A stretch of DNA of 64,000 nt from an uncultured Ignavibacteriaceae bacterium (GCA_963790385.1 CAWBOG010000004.1:11945-75944); one strand, 5' to 3'; counted from the first letter of the stretch, positions 41,629-51,719 are shown. Made by a program: numbers and translations. Notes: a model not told the origin generated them from the letters alone.

Positions 41629-41692
41629 GGGCGAGACAACGTCTCGCCCCTACATTCTTTCTTCAACTAAGATCCTGAAACGAGTTCAGGAT
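41629..41692 (-). terminator. two hairpins downstream of 41702 gene (terminator / REP-like elements)
   Basis: GGGCGAGAC-aac-GTCTCGCCC (41629..41649) is followed on the minus strand by gaaataaaagttttt. ATCCTGAA-acgag-TTCAGGAT lies at 41672..41692. Confidence 0.45.
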
Positions 41693-41701
41693 GACCTTCG
41701 G

Positions 41702-44421
41702 TCACTTTAAAAAAATCATCTTTTTTGTATTTACAAATTCACCCGCCCTCAGTTGATAGAAATAAACTCCGCTTGGAAGTGCTGAAGCGTTGAATTCAAT
41801 TTCATATCTTCCAACGGGTTTGAATTCGTCAACAAGAGTTGCAACTTCATTTCCCAGAATGTCATATATCTTCAAAGTTTGCTGACTAACTACTGGCGAC
41901 TGCCAACTGATCTTTGTACTTGGGTTGAAAGGATTTGGGTAGTTTTGCTCAAGTGCGAATTTAGTTGGTAAAGGTGTCTCTTCTCCAACATCATTTATAA
42001 TACCATCGAATTCATCAGCACCTATATCAGGAGTAACTGCATTTCTGAGATTTCCATCAAAGTCGATTTCTATTCCGGCAATTGGAGTCCCTCCTGATTC
42101 AAGGTGATTGGGTATAGCCTCATCTATGTGCAAGTACGGAGCAATAAAATCAGGCAACTCAGTCACACTATTTGAATCTTTACCCGTTGCCTGCCAGTCT
42201 GCAAGTGTGTTGTACTCTGTGCTTCCAATCCTTACCAGACAATTATTTGCATTCGTATTGTCGTAAAAAAGATCATTATAATCTGAAGTTAGGTTAGCAG
42301 AACTGTAAATTGCAGAAGCACAATATGGTGATTCATCTCTTGTATTAACAAAGATATTGTTTTTTAATTCGGTATTGCTACTCCCAGGTCCAAAAATATA
42401 GAAGGCTCCGGAACCCTGTCGATTGGCTCCTGTACCAGATAAGTAAACTGAGTTATAATATACTTTGGTATTGTTCTGATACTCCAAATGAATTCCGCCA
42501 ATGTTACTATATGATTCATTTGAGGAACTATTAATATCATACACCATATTATTGTAAACAAGATTTCCATTACCAACATTGCTACCATAACCAATTAACG
42601 CTATACCCATACTACCACCGGTGTAACTTGTATTAACATTATGAACAATATTATTCCGAATTGTAGATTCCAGGCAACCCCAGCAACCAATTCCGTGTGC
42701 TATAACAAAATCATTGCTAGTACCCTGTAATGCCCTCGATAACATTATCTTCAATAATAGCATTTTGATTTCTTTCAACTTGAATTCCCCAGCTAATCAG
42801 GGTATCAGTTTCCGACCCAATAATGTTTTTTCTGATAATATTACCATTAGCAGTTGCCGGATTAGTGGAATAATATGCAGAAACATAAATTCCTATTCCT
42901 GCTTGTTTTATAAAATTGGATTGAATCAGATTACTATCGGGGGTTGCCGTTGTATATGATAGACTGGATACTCCAAGCGCGGGACTCCTTCTCAAAATAT
43001 CATCATTTATAAAAATGCTATTCTGAATTGTATTATGGTCTGAATTATCAATAAAGAAAAGCCCAAGATTATATGCAAATTGATTGTTTTCATAGGCGTG
43101 GACTGTTAGTGTAGTTGAACCCGTGATTGAAACACCATCAAACGTAACATAGCTTGTATTTATGAAGTATAGAACTGATAATCCATTTCCTTCAATAATA
43201 ACATTCTTATTTTCAGCAGGTTTAATAGTTACTCTGCTGTTTTCTCCTGCTCCAGGAATTGGACCGACTAACTTAAAACCAAATGAATCTGTTGGTGCAG
43301 TGTAAAGTTCATCAATCAATTCAAGAGTAACATTGCCAGCAACTCCATCTGTTTCAAGCTTGTTAAATGCTTCCTGAATCGTTGCGAAGTTGCCGCCTGT
43401 ACCGATTGTGTATGTTCCAGGAAGTAAAGGCGGTGAGTAGAGAGATTTAGCAAGCCCAATTTGCCATATAAAATTAATTGGTGGGCTACCATCGTAATAC
43501 ATAAACAATGTATCTCCAACTAATATTACGTTGCCGGATTCAACTTCACCCCTATCCCAACCGCTAGGTGATGGCGTTAAAACCGGATTGTCAGGATATT
43601 TGATCCAATTATTATTACCATTCGGTGATGTTGCGAGTCCAATTCTGAATTGACTGTAGTAGCCGCCAGTTCCGGTATACCACATATAGTATATATTATC
43701 TTTGAATATAATACTTGGCTTAAATATAAACGTATCATCCCATTCTCCAGGATTTCCCGGCTCCAGAATAGGATTATTTAATGTATCTTTTTGCCATAAT
43801 ATACCATCTCCAGATGTTGCATACCCAATGCATGGTATAGTGACACTAGCATTATATCCTGTGTACCACATTTTATATCCCCCAGTTACAGGCAAAACGT
43901 AACAAGCTTCTACACCACCAGCTTCCCAAGCATCTGTGCCTGGTCCTAAAACCGGATTTGATGGATGTTTTGTCCAGTTAATTCCATCCGGTGAAGTAGC
44001 ATATCCGATTTTGTATTGTGTAGTATTAGGCCCACCGGTGTACCACATCTTGTATGCTCCATTTTCATATATAACAAAGGCTGTTTCTACAGTGTAAGAA
44101 TCCCACTCTCCGGGGGATGGGGTTAAAACTGGTGTTGGTGCGTACTTGCCAGGATAAGCCATCATTTGAATAGGCAAGACCGACCCGGCAAGGTCTTCCA
44201 CCACTTGCAGTAGCTGAACCTGTAAAAAACATTTCATATCTGGTTGAATCCGCGTTATACAGAACACAAGGTGCAAATGCGCCGGCTGTACCAGGAGCAC
44301 CTGGTACAGTTATTACCGGATTACCCTGATACTTCGTCCAGTTTACCTGGGCAAGTATATCAACACTGCTCATAATCAGCACAGTAACGAGCAACAACAG
44401 TTTGAAAGTGAACGATTTCAT
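41702..44421 (-). pseudogene. secreted five-bladed beta-propeller (GH43/GH130-like) + parallel beta-helix protein with T9SS sorting domain; two frame breaks (~44150, ~42722)
   Basis: ORFs 44065..44421 (signal peptide), 42717..44300 (five Y(K/Y)MWYTG...(I/V)G(Y/L)A(T/Y)S.(D/N)G..W blades, then beta-helix) and 41702..42778 (beta-helix plus EQNYPNPFNPSTKISWQSPV tail). In each case, deleting one base restores continuity. Confidence 0.75.
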
Positions 44422-44480
44422 AGTAACCTCCTAGTTATGGATTGTTAAATAATTAATTAGAGAACCATTTCATTTACATA

Positions 44481-44558
44481 GAACAAAACGTAACCCTGTC
44501 TCCTTCTCCTTTCTCGAACAAAGAACAAAACCTCACCCTGTCTCCCTCTCCTTCCTTC
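44481..44558. repeat. two direct ~35-bp repeats (gaacaaaac.t.accctgtctcc.tctcc.t.c.tc) in the intergenic region
   Basis: Copies at 44481..44515 and 44523..44558, about 80 percent identical. They are followed by gacaagctcaggatgac, a half-site of the CTGAA..TTCAGGATGAC repeat family. Confidence 0.6.
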
Positions 44559-44610
44559 GACAAGCTCAGGATGACGGAGAGTGACTAAGGGAGGGTTTTT
44601 ATTTATTCAA

Positions 44611-45120
44611 TTAGTTGGAGTCTCCCGGTGAAGTCCAGGTCAAACCATCATCAGTTGATTTTGCAAGAAGCACACATTGGAATTCAACAAATTGACTCAA
44701 ACCACAGAAGACAATCCCTTCTGGACTTACTGTAATTCCACTTGGGGAACAAGGGGGGAACCAAGTTGAGTCTGATAACTGTTCCAAAATATTCACCCAA
44801 ATCCAGGTCTCCCCACTATCAAGGGAATAATACAAATCCCCAACTAAAAAAACACTATAAGAAGTATCCTTAACCATGAATACTTTTCCAGTTGGTGATA
44901 GGGCAACATCAAGTGCACCAGAGTCAACAATTATTGTCCAATTATTGCCGTTATTAAGAGAGCGGTAAACGCTACTATCTGAAGTAACAGCAAATATATT
45001 TGAGTTTTGCACAGCGATGTCTTTAATGCTTTGATTGTTAAGTCCAACCTGCGTCCACTGCGCAAAACTTATTTGCGTTACGAGTAAAAAGAAAAACAAG
45101 GTTTGTATTAAAGTTTTCAT
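44611..45120 (-). CDS. truncated paralog of 45140..46456 (Asp-box beta-propeller N-terminal part, no sorting domain)
   Basis: 169 aa with a signal peptide. Collinear with the first ~185 aa of the neighbour (IKDIAVQNS.IFAVT, SPTGKVF.VKD, STDDGLTW..PG), then stops. Confidence 0.65.
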   Translation of the reverse strand: MKTLIQTLFFFLLVTQISFAQWTQVGLNNQSIKDIAVQNSNIFAVTSDSSVYRSLNNGNNWTIIVDSGALDVALSPTGKVFMVKDTSYSVFLVGDLYYSLDSGETWIWVNILEQLSDSTWFPPCSPSGITVSPEGIVFCGLSQFVEFQCVLLAKSTDDGLTWTSPGDSN

Positions 45121-45139
45121 AAAGCCTCCAATATTTTTT

Positions 45140-46456
45140 TTACTTTATTAAAATCATTTTTTTAGTATCGATAAAGTCACCTGCCTTTAGTTGATAGAAA
45201 TAAACTCCACTCGGAAGGTTCACTGCATTCCACGTCAATTCATAAGTTCCTGCCGGTTTTTCATCGTTGACTAATGTTTCTATCTCATTACCTAAAGCAT
45301 CGAAGACTTTAATCTGAACTTGAGAAGATTGAGGAACGGAATATTTAATTTTTGTACTTGGGTTAAAGGGATTGGGGTAGTTTTGAGAAAGAATATAACT
45401 CGATGGAATTTCTATTTGATTTTCTTCTACTGGAGTAACCTCGGTTAACAGTCTTCTCCAAATACCATTCTCAGTGCCGGCATATACGTAACCATTGTTA
45501 TCGAGTGTAAGTGCTTGAATATTTAAGTTTGTTAAACCCTCATTTCTTGAACCTAAACTGTCGCCTTCATCGGAGAAAAGAAATACACCCAAGCTATCTG
45601 TACCGATTAACATTCCTTCCGTTGAACCGCTTGAATATGATAAACCAACTTGGCTATTAAGTGATGATATTTTTGTCCAGGTACTGCACATATCAATAGT
45701 AATGAAAAGCTCAAAGCCACTTTTCATAATTATATTACCATTTGTAAAAAGGCCAAGCACATTTCCAGCCCACTCCATATTACTTTCCAATAAACTCCAG
45801 CTAATTCCATAATCTGATGATAGGTGAACAATGCTAAAACTAGAAAGAAAAATATACCATCGTCCAGCTGTCAAGACAAAATTGTTTCTAAAATCAAAAA
45901 TTTCTCCTCCATTTACATCATAACCAGGTGTTGACCAAGTTAGACCATCATCTGTTGATCTGGCTAATAAATGAACAGTGCCCCAGTTGCAATCAGATGC
46001 ATTTATATCACAATAAATAATACCTGTTGGACTAATTGTGATTTTTTCTGGCCACCTAAAACATGTAATTGAATCTAACAATTGTTCTCTTAAGTTCGAC
46101 CAAATCCAGGTGTCGCCATTATCTACTGAATAAAAAGCATGACGTAGATATGGACCAATTATTAGACTATCTTTGACCAGAAATACTTTCCCCGTTGGTG
46201 ATATTTCCACATCACGAGCGCACGAGTCAACTATCATTATCCAATTAGTTCCGCTGTCAGGAGAGCGATACACTTTTCCGCTATCCAAAGTAACAGCAAA
46301 GATTGTAGAGTTCTGAACAGCGATGTCTTTGATGACTTCATCATTAAGCCCAACTTGCACCCACTGTCCAAAACAAATTTGTGTTGTAAGCAAAAAGAAA
46401 AACAAAGTTTGTATTAACATTTTTCCCGCTGTGCGGGATTTCGTAGAACTCAACAT
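45140..46456 (-). CDS. secreted Asp-box (BNR/sortilin-like) beta-propeller protein with T9SS sorting domain
   Basis: 438 aa with Asp-boxes (SPDSGTNW, SVDNGDTW, STDDGLTW, SSDYGISW) and the SQNYPNPFNPSTKIKYSV...KKMILIK tail. The true start may be the internal ATG at 46420 (MLIQTLFFFLL signal peptide). Confidence 0.75.
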   Translation of the reverse strand: MLSSTKSRTAGKMLIQTLFFFLLTTQICFGQWVQVGLNDEVIKDIAVQNSTIFAVTLDSGKVYRSPDSGTNWIMIVDSCARDVEISPTGKVFLVKDSLIIGPYLRHAFYSVDNGDTWIWSNLREQLLDSITCFRWPEKITISPTGIIYCDINASDCNWGTVHLLARSTDDGLTWSTPGYDVNGGEIFDFRNNFVLTAGRWYIFLSSFSIVHLSSDYGISWSLLESNMEWAGNVLGLFTNGNIIMKSGFELFITIDMCSTWTKISSLNSQVGLSYSSGSTEGMLIGTDSLGVFLFSDEGDSLGSRNEGLTNLNIQALTLDNNGYVYAGTENGIWRRLLTEVTPVEENQIEIPSSYILSQNYPNPFNPSTKIKYSVPQSSQVQIKVFDALGNEIETLVNDEKPAGTYELTWNAVNLPSGVYFYQLKAGDFIDTKKMILIK

Positions 46457-46504
46457 TGTAACCTCCTTTATAAATTATTTTTGTAATACCTGTCCTCCGA
46501 AGCT

Positions 46505-46828
46505 TCAGCGTAGGAGGAACATTTTCTTTTCACTCTTATAATCACCGGCTTCAAGACGATAATAGTAAGTCTTACTTGATTTCACAGGACGGGAGTCCTG
46601 TGCTACACAGAACTCAATTTCATAAGTGCCGGGATTTTGTTCTTCATCGACAAGTTTTTCTATTTCTTTACCTTCAGCATTATAGATTGTCAACATCACT
46701 CTTGTTCTATCAGCCACACAATATTTTATTACCGTTCTTTCCTTAAACGGATTTGGGTAATTCTGGCTCAGAAAAAACTCTGATGGTTCATATTCGTTCA
46801 TAAATGAATTATTTAAATGACCGTACAT
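46505..46828 (-). CDS. orphan T9SS sorting-domain-only ORF (107 aa), probable gene remnant
   Basis: MYGHLNNSFMNEYEPSEFFLSQNYPNPFKERTVIKYCV...KKMFLLR. Consists almost entirely of a divergent sorting domain, with no signal peptide and no cargo domain. Confidence 0.45.
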   Translation of the reverse strand: MYGHLNNSFMNEYEPSEFFLSQNYPNPFKERTVIKYCVADRTRVMLTIYNAEGKEIEKLVDEEQNPGTYEIEFCVAQDSRPVKSSKTYYYRLEAGDYKSEKKMFLLR

Positions 46829-47157
46829 TGAAATCCTGTTTTAGGCTTTCAGAAACCTGTAAATAAAAAGTTTATCTTGGGTTATATTATAATACTTGAG
46901 GGAGGGGTTTGTCTACCAGAAATCTCCATAAAACTTACACTTTTCTGTAATTCGTATAGAAAAGAATTTAGTGATTGGCAACTGTTAGTAATTTTTAGGT
47001 AGAAATTACATTGTTGACGATCTGGAATGTTTGTTGACGGCGAGGATAAAAAATTTTATTACAATGATCACACAGGTCCAAAATAAATGAACTCACTCTG
47101 CCAAAGGCTTTGGGGTCGCGTAAAAAATCAAAAACAGTAAAATAACTCACCCTAAAT

Positions 47158-47226
47158 CCCTCTCTTAAAAAGAGAGGGACTTTGAAGACAAAGAGAAATC
47201 ACCCCTTCTCTTAGTAAGAGAAGGGG
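47158..47226 (-). repeat. two GC-rich hairpins (REP-like / terminators) downstream of the 47260 stop
   Basis: CCCTCTCT-taaaa-AGAGAGGG (47158..47178) and CCCCTTCTCTTA-g-TAAGAGAAGGGG (47202..47226). Confidence 0.5.
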
Positions 47227-47259
47227 GCGGGGGATGAGTTCCCAGCAAATCTACTATAT

Positions 47260-50200
47260 CTACGATGTTTTATTATTCCGAAGATATTGTGAAGGTGGGA
47301 CACCAAATTGTTTCTTGAAACATTCTGAAAAGTATGCCGGGTTGCTGAACCCAACTTCCAGTGCTATCTCGGAGAGATTTCCAAATTTATTTTCAATCAT
47401 ACTTGCTGCTTTGTTTAGCCTTATTCTTCTTATAATTTCAACCGGTGGTTCACCTGTTAAAGAAACGATTTTCTTATGAAGAAGTGACTTACTCACAGAT
47501 AAATTCTCTGCAAATACTTCCACACCGAATGATTCATTTGAAATATTCTGAGATATGATACTAAATGCTTGCTGTAAAAACTTTTTATCCGCTGAAGTGA
47601 TTTTCACTTCGTTTAATTCAATCAATCCTTCTTTCTGGAAATGCTGGTGAAGTCTCTTTCTTTGTTCGATTAGATTTTTTATCCTCGCTCTTAGTTCATC
47701 CGGTTCAAACGGTTTCATCAGATATTCATCTGCACCTGTTTCATAGCCAGTCAGTTTATCTTCCTTCGCTGCTTTTGCTGTTAGAAGAATTACAGGAATA
47801 TGACTTGTTCTTTCATCAGTCTTTAGTTTTTCACATAACTTAAATCCATCCATCTTTGGCATCATTACGTCGCTTACTATCAAGTCAGGCATTTGCTCAA
47901 TTGATTTATTATAGCCATCTTCACCATCTGCTGCTTCCAGAACTCTGTAATCTGTTTTTAAGTTATCTTTAATATAATTTCTTACATCTGAGTTATCCTC
48001 AACTATCAGCAGCAGTGGAAGTTCTTCTTTTCCAAAGAACTCTATGCCAACCTTTTGTTCAGCTTTGTTTTCAGTTTCCTCGTAGTAATCCTCTCTTTCT
48101 TTCTCTTTCCCATACTCTTGCTCTTTATCTGCTTCACTTATCTCTTCAGGTTTTAAGTGTTCTTTGCCCAAACGAATTTTCACTGAAACGGTTGTCCCTT
48201 TACCTTCCTCGCTTTCTACTTCAATTTTTCCTTTGTGCAGCTCAACCAATTCTTTTGTAAGAGATAACCCGATACCAGTTCCTTCCTGTTCTCTTGTATG
48301 ACTTCCATCCACCTGGTAGAAACGATCAAATATCTTTGACATTTTTTCTTTTGAAATCCCGATTCCGGTATCGCTTATTAATATCTCAACAAATTCTTGA
48401 TTGTCAAGCTGAACTTGTTTCAGCTTCTTTGATTCACTGGGAGATCCTGAAACAAGCCTGCCTGATGGCAAGACAGGTTCAGGATGACGTATCACAGCCA
48501 CTTCAATCCTCCCGCCAACTGCGGTAAACTTAAATGCATTTGAAAGAATGTTGGTAATTATCTTCTCAATCTTATCTTTATCAAGGTAAACAATTATTTC
48601 ATTCTCAACTGGATTGAACTTCAAAGTAATTCTTTTTCTCTCAGCATAGGAAGTGAATGACAGTACCAACGTCTTCAATAAGGATACTATGTTTTGAGGA
48701 TTTGTCTGAAGCTTCATATTTCCTGATTCAAGCTTAGATATGTCAAGCAGCTGATTGACTAGCTCAAGAAGTTTTCTTGCATTCCTGTGAATCAGGCCTA
48801 GTTCAGATTTAATTTTTTCATCTTTTACTTTTTCAAAAATTTGTTTTGCTGGTCCAAGAATCAGAGTTAGCGGAGTTCTGAATTCGTGAGAGATATTAGT
48901 AAAGAATCGAGATTTCAACTCATCGACATCGTGCAGTTTTTGTGCTTCGAATCTGCTCATTTCATATTCGTGTTTGTTTTTTATTCTTTTAATCTGTGCT
49001 TTCCAGGTGAAATAGATTATGCTTATGATTAAAAGAGAATAAATTAAGTATGCTAGCATTGTCTGGTACCAGGGAGGAAGAATAATAATTTTTATTGACG
49101 CGCCTACTTCATTCCACACTCCATCATTATTAGAACCCTTGACTCTAAATACATAATCACCGGGATCTAAATTGGTATATGTTGCTAAGTTCCTGCTTGC
49201 ATCAGTGTATGTCCAGTTCTTATCAAATCCTTCCATTTTGTATACGTATTTATTTTTCATTGGTGCCTGAAAATCTAACGCAGCAAACTCAAATGAAAAT
49301 ACTTTATCATTATAATTTAGCTCAATCTCTTCGCAATCAATTATGGATTTGTTGAGAATTGTTCTTCTGCTGAGACTATCATAACCTATTGGAACCGGTT
49401 TATTAAATAATTGAAAGTCAGTAATGTAAACCGGTGGAATATGAGTGTTATCCTTTATGTTGTCAGGATAAAACATATTAAATCCATTAGTGCCGCCAAA
49501 TATCAATTCACCGGTTTTACTTTTACAACAAGCTAACAGTTCTTCAAATTCGTTGCCTTGAAGTCCATCTTCAACATCATAATTTCTAAAAGATTCTGTA
49601 TTAGGATTAAATTTCGATAAACCATTAGTAGTACTTAACCATAGATTACCACGATCATCCTCCAGAATACCCGTTACAAAAACGCTCGGCAAACCGTCTT
49701 TCATTTTAAAATGTCTAAACTTACCGTTTACCCTATCAAATTTATTTAATCCACCTTCCTGAGTTCCAACCCATATGGTACCTGTTTTATCTTCGTATAT
49801 TGAAGAGATTTTATTATTACTTAGACTATTTAAATCACTCGGATCATTTTTATAATTAAAAAATTTCTCCTTTTGTAAATCCAAAGCATCTAATCCTCCT
49901 CCTTGTTTTGTTCCAATCCAAAGAATTCCGGAATTATCAATAAATAGTGCATGAACGTCCGTTGAACTTATACCGTTTGGATTATCAGGATAATATGTAA
50001 AATGGTTAAACCTTTCACTATCCTTTTCAAATTTATTTAATCCACCATACATTGTTCCGATCCAAAGTATACCTGATTCATCTTCAGCAATTGACAAAAT
50101 GTTATTGTCACTAATACTTTGGGGATTTGAAGGGTCGTGTTTATAATGATAGAATTTTTCGGTCCGTTTATCAAATTTATTCAATCCACCGTTCCAGGTT

Positions 50201-51549
50201 CCAATCCATAAAGTGCCAGTCTTATCTTCATAAATTACTGAGACCGTATTATCACTCAAGCTTTTGGGATCATTTGGATTGTTTTTATAATGAGAGAATT
50301 TATTTGTTGTTCTATCCATTTTATTTAGTCCGCCATCCCAATTACCGATCCATAAAGTTCCCGATCTATCTTCAAGTACTGACAAAACTGCATTGGCACT
50401 AAGAGAGAAGGGATCACCTGGCTTGTGTTTGAAATGTTTAAACTGCTTCTGTTTTGTGTTAAATAAATCTAACCCTCCTCCCCAGGTTGCAATCCAAAAT
50501 AGTCCGGAGTTATCCAGATAGATATGACGTATATTATTAATACTCAGACTGGTTAGATCAACTGGATCATGCTTATACGAAATAAATGAGACTCGAGAAT
50601 ATTTATCGATTATAGAAATCGTTCTGCTTAAACCTCCTCCCCATGTTCCGAGCCACATAATATTATTTGAATCTATGTACATAGATGTAATATTATTATT
50701 ATTTAAGCTGGTAGGATCATTTGGATTAGATATAAAATGTGCAAAAAAAGGTGGATGCTTCTCATCATTATTAATCAACTTATTAAGTCCACCCCCCGAA
50801 GTAGATATCCAGATATCACCAGAATTGTCTTCACAAATTCCGGTAATACTATGCTTGCTCAGGCTATGAAGGTTATTTGGATTATGGAGATAATCTGTAA
50901 AAGTTTTATTGTTATTGAATTTATTTAAGCTCCCACTTCTTGTTCCAATCCATAGATTACTTTTTGAATCCTCGTAAATGAAACTGACAGTATTACTAAT
51001 TAAAATCGTTGAGTCTTCCCGGATATTTTTATAACGGGTAAATTGTTCATTTTCACGATTAAAAATATTCAATCCAAAATTAGTTCCAATCCAGAGAGTA
51101 CCAGATTTATCTTCGTAAATTAACGTAACATAATTTGAATTTATACTTGTCGTATCTTCAGGATTGTAAACATATCTGGTAAAATTCTCTTGTTCTGCAT
51201 TGTACCTGTTTAATCCACCTCCACCTGTTCCAACCCATAGAGTTTCCAATTTATCTTCATATAATGTATATACACTGTTAGTACCCAAACTGTTGGGATC
51301 TTCAGGCGAATGCTTAAAGGCTTTAAACTTCTGTCCATCATATCTAATTAGTCCCTCTTGTGAACCAATCCATAAAAATCCTTTATGATCTTGAATTACG
51401 CGCCAGATAAAATTTTCTGGGAAACCTTCTTCCTTAGTAAAATGTTTGAATTTAATTTTTTCGGGAACATGAGTTTGTGGAAATGTCTGGTGAGACCAGA
51501 TTAAAATCAAGAATAAGAGCAAGAAACAATATTTGTTTGGATCCCGCAT
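47260..51549 (-). CDS. hybrid two-component system protein (beta-propeller/Y_Y_Y sensor, HisKA, HATPase, REC, AraC-type HTH), second copy
   Basis: Intact 1429-aa ORF with the same architecture as 358..4455. H-box FFTNISHEFRTPLT, N-box NILSNAFKFT, G-boxes DTGIGI and GTGIGLSLT; REC and AraC HTH at the C-terminus. Confidence 0.9.
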   Translation of the reverse strand: MRDPNKYCFLLLFLILIWSHQTFPQTHVPEKIKFKHFTKEEGFPENFIWRVIQDHKGFLWIGSQEGLIRYDGQKFKAFKHSPEDPNSLGTNSVYTLYEDKLETLWVGTGGGGLNRYNAEQENFTRYVYNPEDTTSINSNYVTLIYEDKSGTLWIGTNFGLNIFNRENEQFTRYKNIREDSTILISNTVSFIYEDSKSNLWIGTRSGSLNKFNNNKTFTDYLHNPNNLHSLSKHSITGICEDNSGDIWISTSGGGLNKLINNDEKHPPFFAHFISNPNDPTSLNNNNITSMYIDSNNIMWLGTWGGGLSRTISIIDKYSRVSFISYKHDPVDLTSLSINNIRHIYLDNSGLFWIATWGGGLDLFNTKQKQFKHFKHKPGDPFSLSANAVLSVLEDRSGTLWIGNWDGGLNKMDRTTNKFSHYKNNPNDPKSLSDNTVSVIYEDKTGTLWIGTWNGGLNKFDKRTEKFYHYKHDPSNPQSISDNNILSIAEDESGILWIGTMYGGLNKFEKDSERFNHFTYYPDNPNGISSTDVHALFIDNSGILWIGTKQGGGLDALDLQKEKFFNYKNDPSDLNSLSNNKISSIYEDKTGTIWVGTQEGGLNKFDRVNGKFRHFKMKDGLPSVFVTGILEDDRGNLWLSTTNGLSKFNPNTESFRNYDVEDGLQGNEFEELLACCKSKTGELIFGGTNGFNMFYPDNIKDNTHIPPVYITDFQLFNKPVPIGYDSLSRRTILNKSIIDCEEIELNYNDKVFSFEFAALDFQAPMKNKYVYKMEGFDKNWTYTDASRNLATYTNLDPGDYVFRVKGSNNDGVWNEVGASIKIIILPPWYQTMLAYLIYSLLIISIIYFTWKAQIKRIKNKHEYEMSRFEAQKLHDVDELKSRFFTNISHEFRTPLTLILGPAKQIFEKVKDEKIKSELGLIHRNARKLLELVNQLLDISKLESGNMKLQTNPQNIVSLLKTLVLSFTSYAERKRITLKFNPVENEIIVYLDKDKIEKIITNILSNAFKFTAVGGRIEVAVIRHPEPVLPSGRLVSGSPSESKKLKQVQLDNQEFVEILISDTGIGISKEKMSKIFDRFYQVDGSHTREQEGTGIGLSLTKELVELHKGKIEVESEEGKGTTVSVKIRLGKEHLKPEEISEADKEQEYGKEKEREDYYEETENKAEQKVGIEFFGKEELPLLLIVEDNSDVRNYIKDNLKTDYRVLEAADGEDGYNKSIEQMPDLIVSDVMMPKMDGFKLCEKLKTDERTSHIPVILLTAKAAKEDKLTGYETGADEYLMKPFEPDELRARIKNLIEQRKRLHQHFQKEGLIELNEVKITSADKKFLQQAFSIISQNISNESFGVEVFAENLSVSKSLLHKKIVSLTGEPPVEIIRRIRLNKAASMIENKFGNLSEIALEVGFSNPAYFSECFKKQFGVPPSQYLRNNKTS
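48397..48489 (-). repeat. in-frame ~93-nt hairpin-repeat-like insertion inside the HATPase domain
   Basis: Encodes RHPEPVLPSGRLVSGSPSESKKLKQVQLDNQ between the N-box and G1-box, with no counterpart in 358..4455. The DNA contains ATCCTGAA...TTCAGGATGAC (48444..48488) and AGCTGAA-cttgt-TTCAGCT (48407..48425), resembling the intergenic element at 41672..41695. Confidence 0.5.
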
Positions 51550-51641
51550 TTGAGTAATGTTTATTTACTTCATATGTAACTTCTTAAGAATAAATTAAAG
51601 TTGCAAGAGAGGTAAATTTGATGATTGACGAGAAAACAAAA

Positions 51642-51664
51642 AAGCGACCCATTTGGGGTCGCTT
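51642..51664 (-). terminator. rho-independent terminator of the M28 peptidase gene
   Basis: AAGCGACCC-atttg-GGGTCGCTT, followed on the minus strand by ttttgttttct; about 55 nt past the stop at 51720. Confidence 0.7.
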
Positions 51665-51719
51665 GAATACTCAAGTAATGTTTGTCAGAATATAAAGGTA
51701 TTCTAATGAAATACCTCAA

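Noticed and set aside
47234-47479. Plus-strand 81-aa ORF overlapping the 3' end of HTCS-2
   Set aside because: It is antisense to the well-supported AraC HTH coding region, and its start lies in a hairpin repeat.
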